This document shows, one piece after another, positions 22,173 to 24,000 of a DNA stretch of 24,000 bases. The notes beneath the pieces are model-generated. The model ran no database searches. It was not told where the DNA came from and saw nothing but the letters and a program-made list of their open reading frames with translations. The stretch is from Streptomyces sp. CB01881 (GTDB lineage: Bacteria; Actinomycetota; Actinomycetes; Streptomycetales; Streptomycetaceae), in assembly GCF_002953255.1 (NCBI RefSeq), contig NZ_CP026498.1:647130-671129 (forward strand). The letters run 5' to 3'. Every line of letters starts with the position of its first letter. Within the stretch, counting starts at the first letter, position 1. A program made the position numbers and the translations under genes.

Positions 22173-23000
22173 TCAGGCCGGGCGCAGCTCCAGCGTGCAG
22201 CACTTCGCCCCGCCGCCGCCCTTGAGCAGCTCGGAGACGTCCACCGGAACCGGCTCGTAGCCCTGCTCGGCCAGCCGGCCGGCCAGCGCCTTGGCGGTCT
22301 CCGGCAGCAGGACGTGCCTGCCGTCCGAGACGGCGTTGAGGCCGAACACCTCGGCGTCGGCGCGGTCGGCGAGGATCGCGTCCGGGTAGAGGCTGCGCAG
22401 CAGCGCCTGGCTGTCCGGCGAGAAGGCCGCGGGGTAGTACATGACGTGGTCGTCGTCGAGGACGGCGAGCGCGGTGTCCAGGTGGTAGTACCGCGGGTCG
22501 ACCAGGGTCAGGCCGAGCACCTGCACGCCGAACAGCGCCCGTGCCTCGGCGTGCGCGGCCGGGTCGGTGCGGAACCCCGTCCCGGCGAGCACCCGGCGGC
22601 CGGCCACCAGGTGGTCGCCCTCGCCCTCGTTGACGTGGCCGGCCCGGCGGACCTCCCGGTACCCGCGGGCCCGGAACCACTCCTGGTAGGCGTCCGACTC
22701 GGCCGCCCGTTCGGGGTGACGGAAGGTGGCGACCAGCGCCCGGCCGTTCAGCACGGTGGCGCCGTTGGCGGTGTAGACCATGTCGGGCAGGCCGGGCAGC
22801 GGGTCGATCAGCTCGACGGTGTGGCCGAGGCGCAGGTACAGCGCGCGCAGGCGCTCCCACTGGCGGAGGGCGAGCGCGGTGTCGGTCGGGCGCGCCGGGT
22901 CCATCCACGGGTTGATGGCGTAGTCGACGGTGAAGTGCGTCGGCCGGCACATCAGGTAGCGCCGCGGCCTGGCGGTGCGCTCCGGGGTTCGGTTCGGCAT
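22173..23000 (-). CDS. Dimethylarginine dimethylaminohydrolase/amidinotransferase-family (pentein superfamily) protein
   Basis: YLMCRPTHFTVDYAINPWM, EGEGD and the C-terminal nucleophile context GGGGAKCCTLEL. ATG 23000 has GGAGG 7 nt upstream. The track start at 23096 adds an implausible Arg/Pro extension. Confidence 0.85.
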   Translation of the reverse strand: MPNRTPERTARPRRYLMCRPTHFTVDYAINPWMDPARPTDTALALRQWERLRALYLRLGHTVELIDPLPGLPDMVYTANGATVLNGRALVATFRHPERAAESDAYQEWFRARGYREVRRAGHVNEGEGDHLVAGRRVLAGTGFRTDPAAHAEARALFGVQVLGLTLVDPRYYHLDTALAVLDDDHVMYYPAAFSPDSQALLRSLYPDAILADRADAEVFGLNAVSDGRHVLLPETAKALAGRLAEQGYEPVPVDVSELLKGGGGAKCCTLELRPA

Positions 23001-23128
23001 GCGGCAACCTCCGCCGTCCGGGGTTCGGGGCCGGCAGCGGCACGGGTCGTGCGAGCGCTGCCCAGAGGGCGGCTGCCCGGCCCGCGCGGTTCGCACACGC
23101 GCGCGGGCGCCCCCGGCCGACGCAGGCC

Positions 23129-23151
23129 CCCGCGCACCCGGCGCGGCACCC
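23129..23151. repeat. 23-nt motif CCCGCGCACCCGGCGCGGCACCC, copy 2 (DDAH-like/SGNH divergent intergenic region)
   Basis: Exact match to 19053-19075. Confidence 0.6.
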
Positions 23152-23231
23152 GGCGCACGACGGCGCGCCGCGCGCCCCGCACACCGCCGGTCCGCCCGCC
23201 CCTACGTGGCCGATCTCACGTACCGGTAAGG

Positions 23232-23246
23232 GCCACCTACGGTGGC
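23232..23246. promoter_or_regulatory. Perfect 6-3-6 palindrome GCCACC-TAC-GGTGGC, 34 nt upstream of the SGNH hydrolase start
   Basis: Read directly. It overlaps a second dyad, CCTAC-N6-GTAGG. Confidence 0.3.
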
Positions 23247-23279
23247 GTAGGTCACTTGAGACGGTGAACTATCTACTTC

Positions 23280-24000
23280 ATGCCGAACCTCCAGGAGACC
23301 CTTGACCTCAGTTCGTACGCCGCCCTCGGGGACAGCTTCACCGAGGGCCTGAACGACCCGGGAGCGGACGGCGCCTTCGCCGGCTGGGCGGACCGGCTGG
23401 CCGGTCTCCTCGCCGACGGACGGCCGCCGGGCGCGTTCCGGTACGCCAACCTCGCGGTGCGCGGCCGGCTGCTCGACCAGATCGCCGCCGAACAGGTGCC
23501 GGAGGTCCGGCGCATCCAGCCCGACCTGGTCACCTTCTGCGCCGGCGGCAACGACATCCTGCGCCCGGGCAGCGACCCGGACGAGGTGGCCGAGCGCTTC
23601 GAGGCGGCCGTCGCCCAACTCACCGAGTTCGCCGGGACGGTGCTGATCTGCACCGGCTTCGACACCCGCGGCGTGCCGCTGCTGAAGCACCTGCGCGGCA
23701 AGATCGCCACGTACAACGGCCACATGCGGGCCGTCGCCGACCGCAACGGCTGCAAGGTCGCCGACCTCTGGTCGCTGCGCGCGGTGCAGGACCGCCGGGC
23801 GTGGAGCGACGACCGGCTCCACCTCTCCCCCGAGGGGCACCAGCGGGTCGCCCTGCTGGCCGCCCGTTCGCTGGGCCTGCGCACCGAGCAGGACCCGGAG
23901 GCGCCGTGGCCGGCCCTCCCCGTCCAGTCGGCCGCCGACCACCGCCGGGAGAACCTCCAGTGGGCGCGCGAGTTCCTGGTGCCGTGGGTCGGCCGGCGGC
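23280..24000 (+). CDS. SGNH/GDSL hydrolase family protein (3' end beyond the window)
   Basis: Not in the ORF track because there is no stop within the window. My hand translation from ATG 23280 gives MPNLQETLDLSSYAALGDSFTEGLND (block I GDS), FCAGGNDIL (block III) and WSDDRLHLSPEGH (block V DxxH). An in-frame TGA at 23265 fixes the start. GC3 is very high. Confidence 0.85.
   Translation, partial: MPNLQETLDLSSYAALGDSFTEGLNDPGADGAFAGWADRLAGLLADGRPPGAFRYANLAVRGRLLDQIAAEQVPEVRRIQPDLVTFCAGGNDILRPGSDPDEVAERFEAAVAQLTEFAGTVLICTGFDTRGVPLLKHLRGKIATYNGHMRAVADRNGCKVADLWSLRAVQDRRAWSDDRLHLSPEGHQRVALLAARSLGLRTEQDPEAPWPALPVQSAADHRRENLQWAREFLVPWVGRR

Overview
High-GC actinomycete DNA (Streptomyces/Kitasatospora-like by composition and gene content). 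All calls rest on motifs read from the supplied translations and on hand-checked codon third-position GC; no searches were run. I support about 21 protein-coding genes and found no rRNA, tRNA, CRISPR, transposase or integrase. Many long ORFs in the track are antisense or off-frame artefacts of the high GC.

Layout:
- 0.1-7 kb is an accessory-looking cell-envelope block. It holds a membrane ORF, a lipoprotein, a secreted Rpf transglycosylase fused to FG-GAP repeats, a secreted C40/NlpC-P60 peptidase fused to a six-blade lectin-like propeller, a small basic ORF, and a divergent PucR-type regulator with two HTH modules.
- 7-14.5 kb holds a SAM methyltransferase, a divergent TetR/DUF2867-like pair with palindromic operators, a saccharopine-dehydrogenase-like gene, a 606-aa lipoprotein with a serine-hydrolase core, a cupin and urate oxidase.
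- 14.9-24 kb holds an ABC1/UbiB-family kinase, nsrR-hmpA (NO sensing and detoxification) with two matching NsrR-type boxes, lutABC, a DDAH/amidinotransferase-family gene and a partial SGNH hydrolase. The SGNH gene is absent from the ORF track because it runs off the window.

Most noteworthy:
1. The tandem Rpf-propeller and C40-propeller muralytic pair.
2. A roughly 270-bp paralogous copy of the PucR regulator's leader and first codons at the window start, with a 56-nt core about 89% identical.
3. Three single-base deletions in short nucleotide runs that break the uricase and saccharopine-dehydrogenase genes. These are either assembly indels or young pseudogenes.
4. A GTGA/ATGA translationally coupled chain that includes an unlisted 44-codon ORF.
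5. Several intergenic tandem repeats and operator-like arrays.

I see no clear known defence or mobile system. The novelty claims are architectural or regulatory hypotheses that need HMM, structure and comparative checks.
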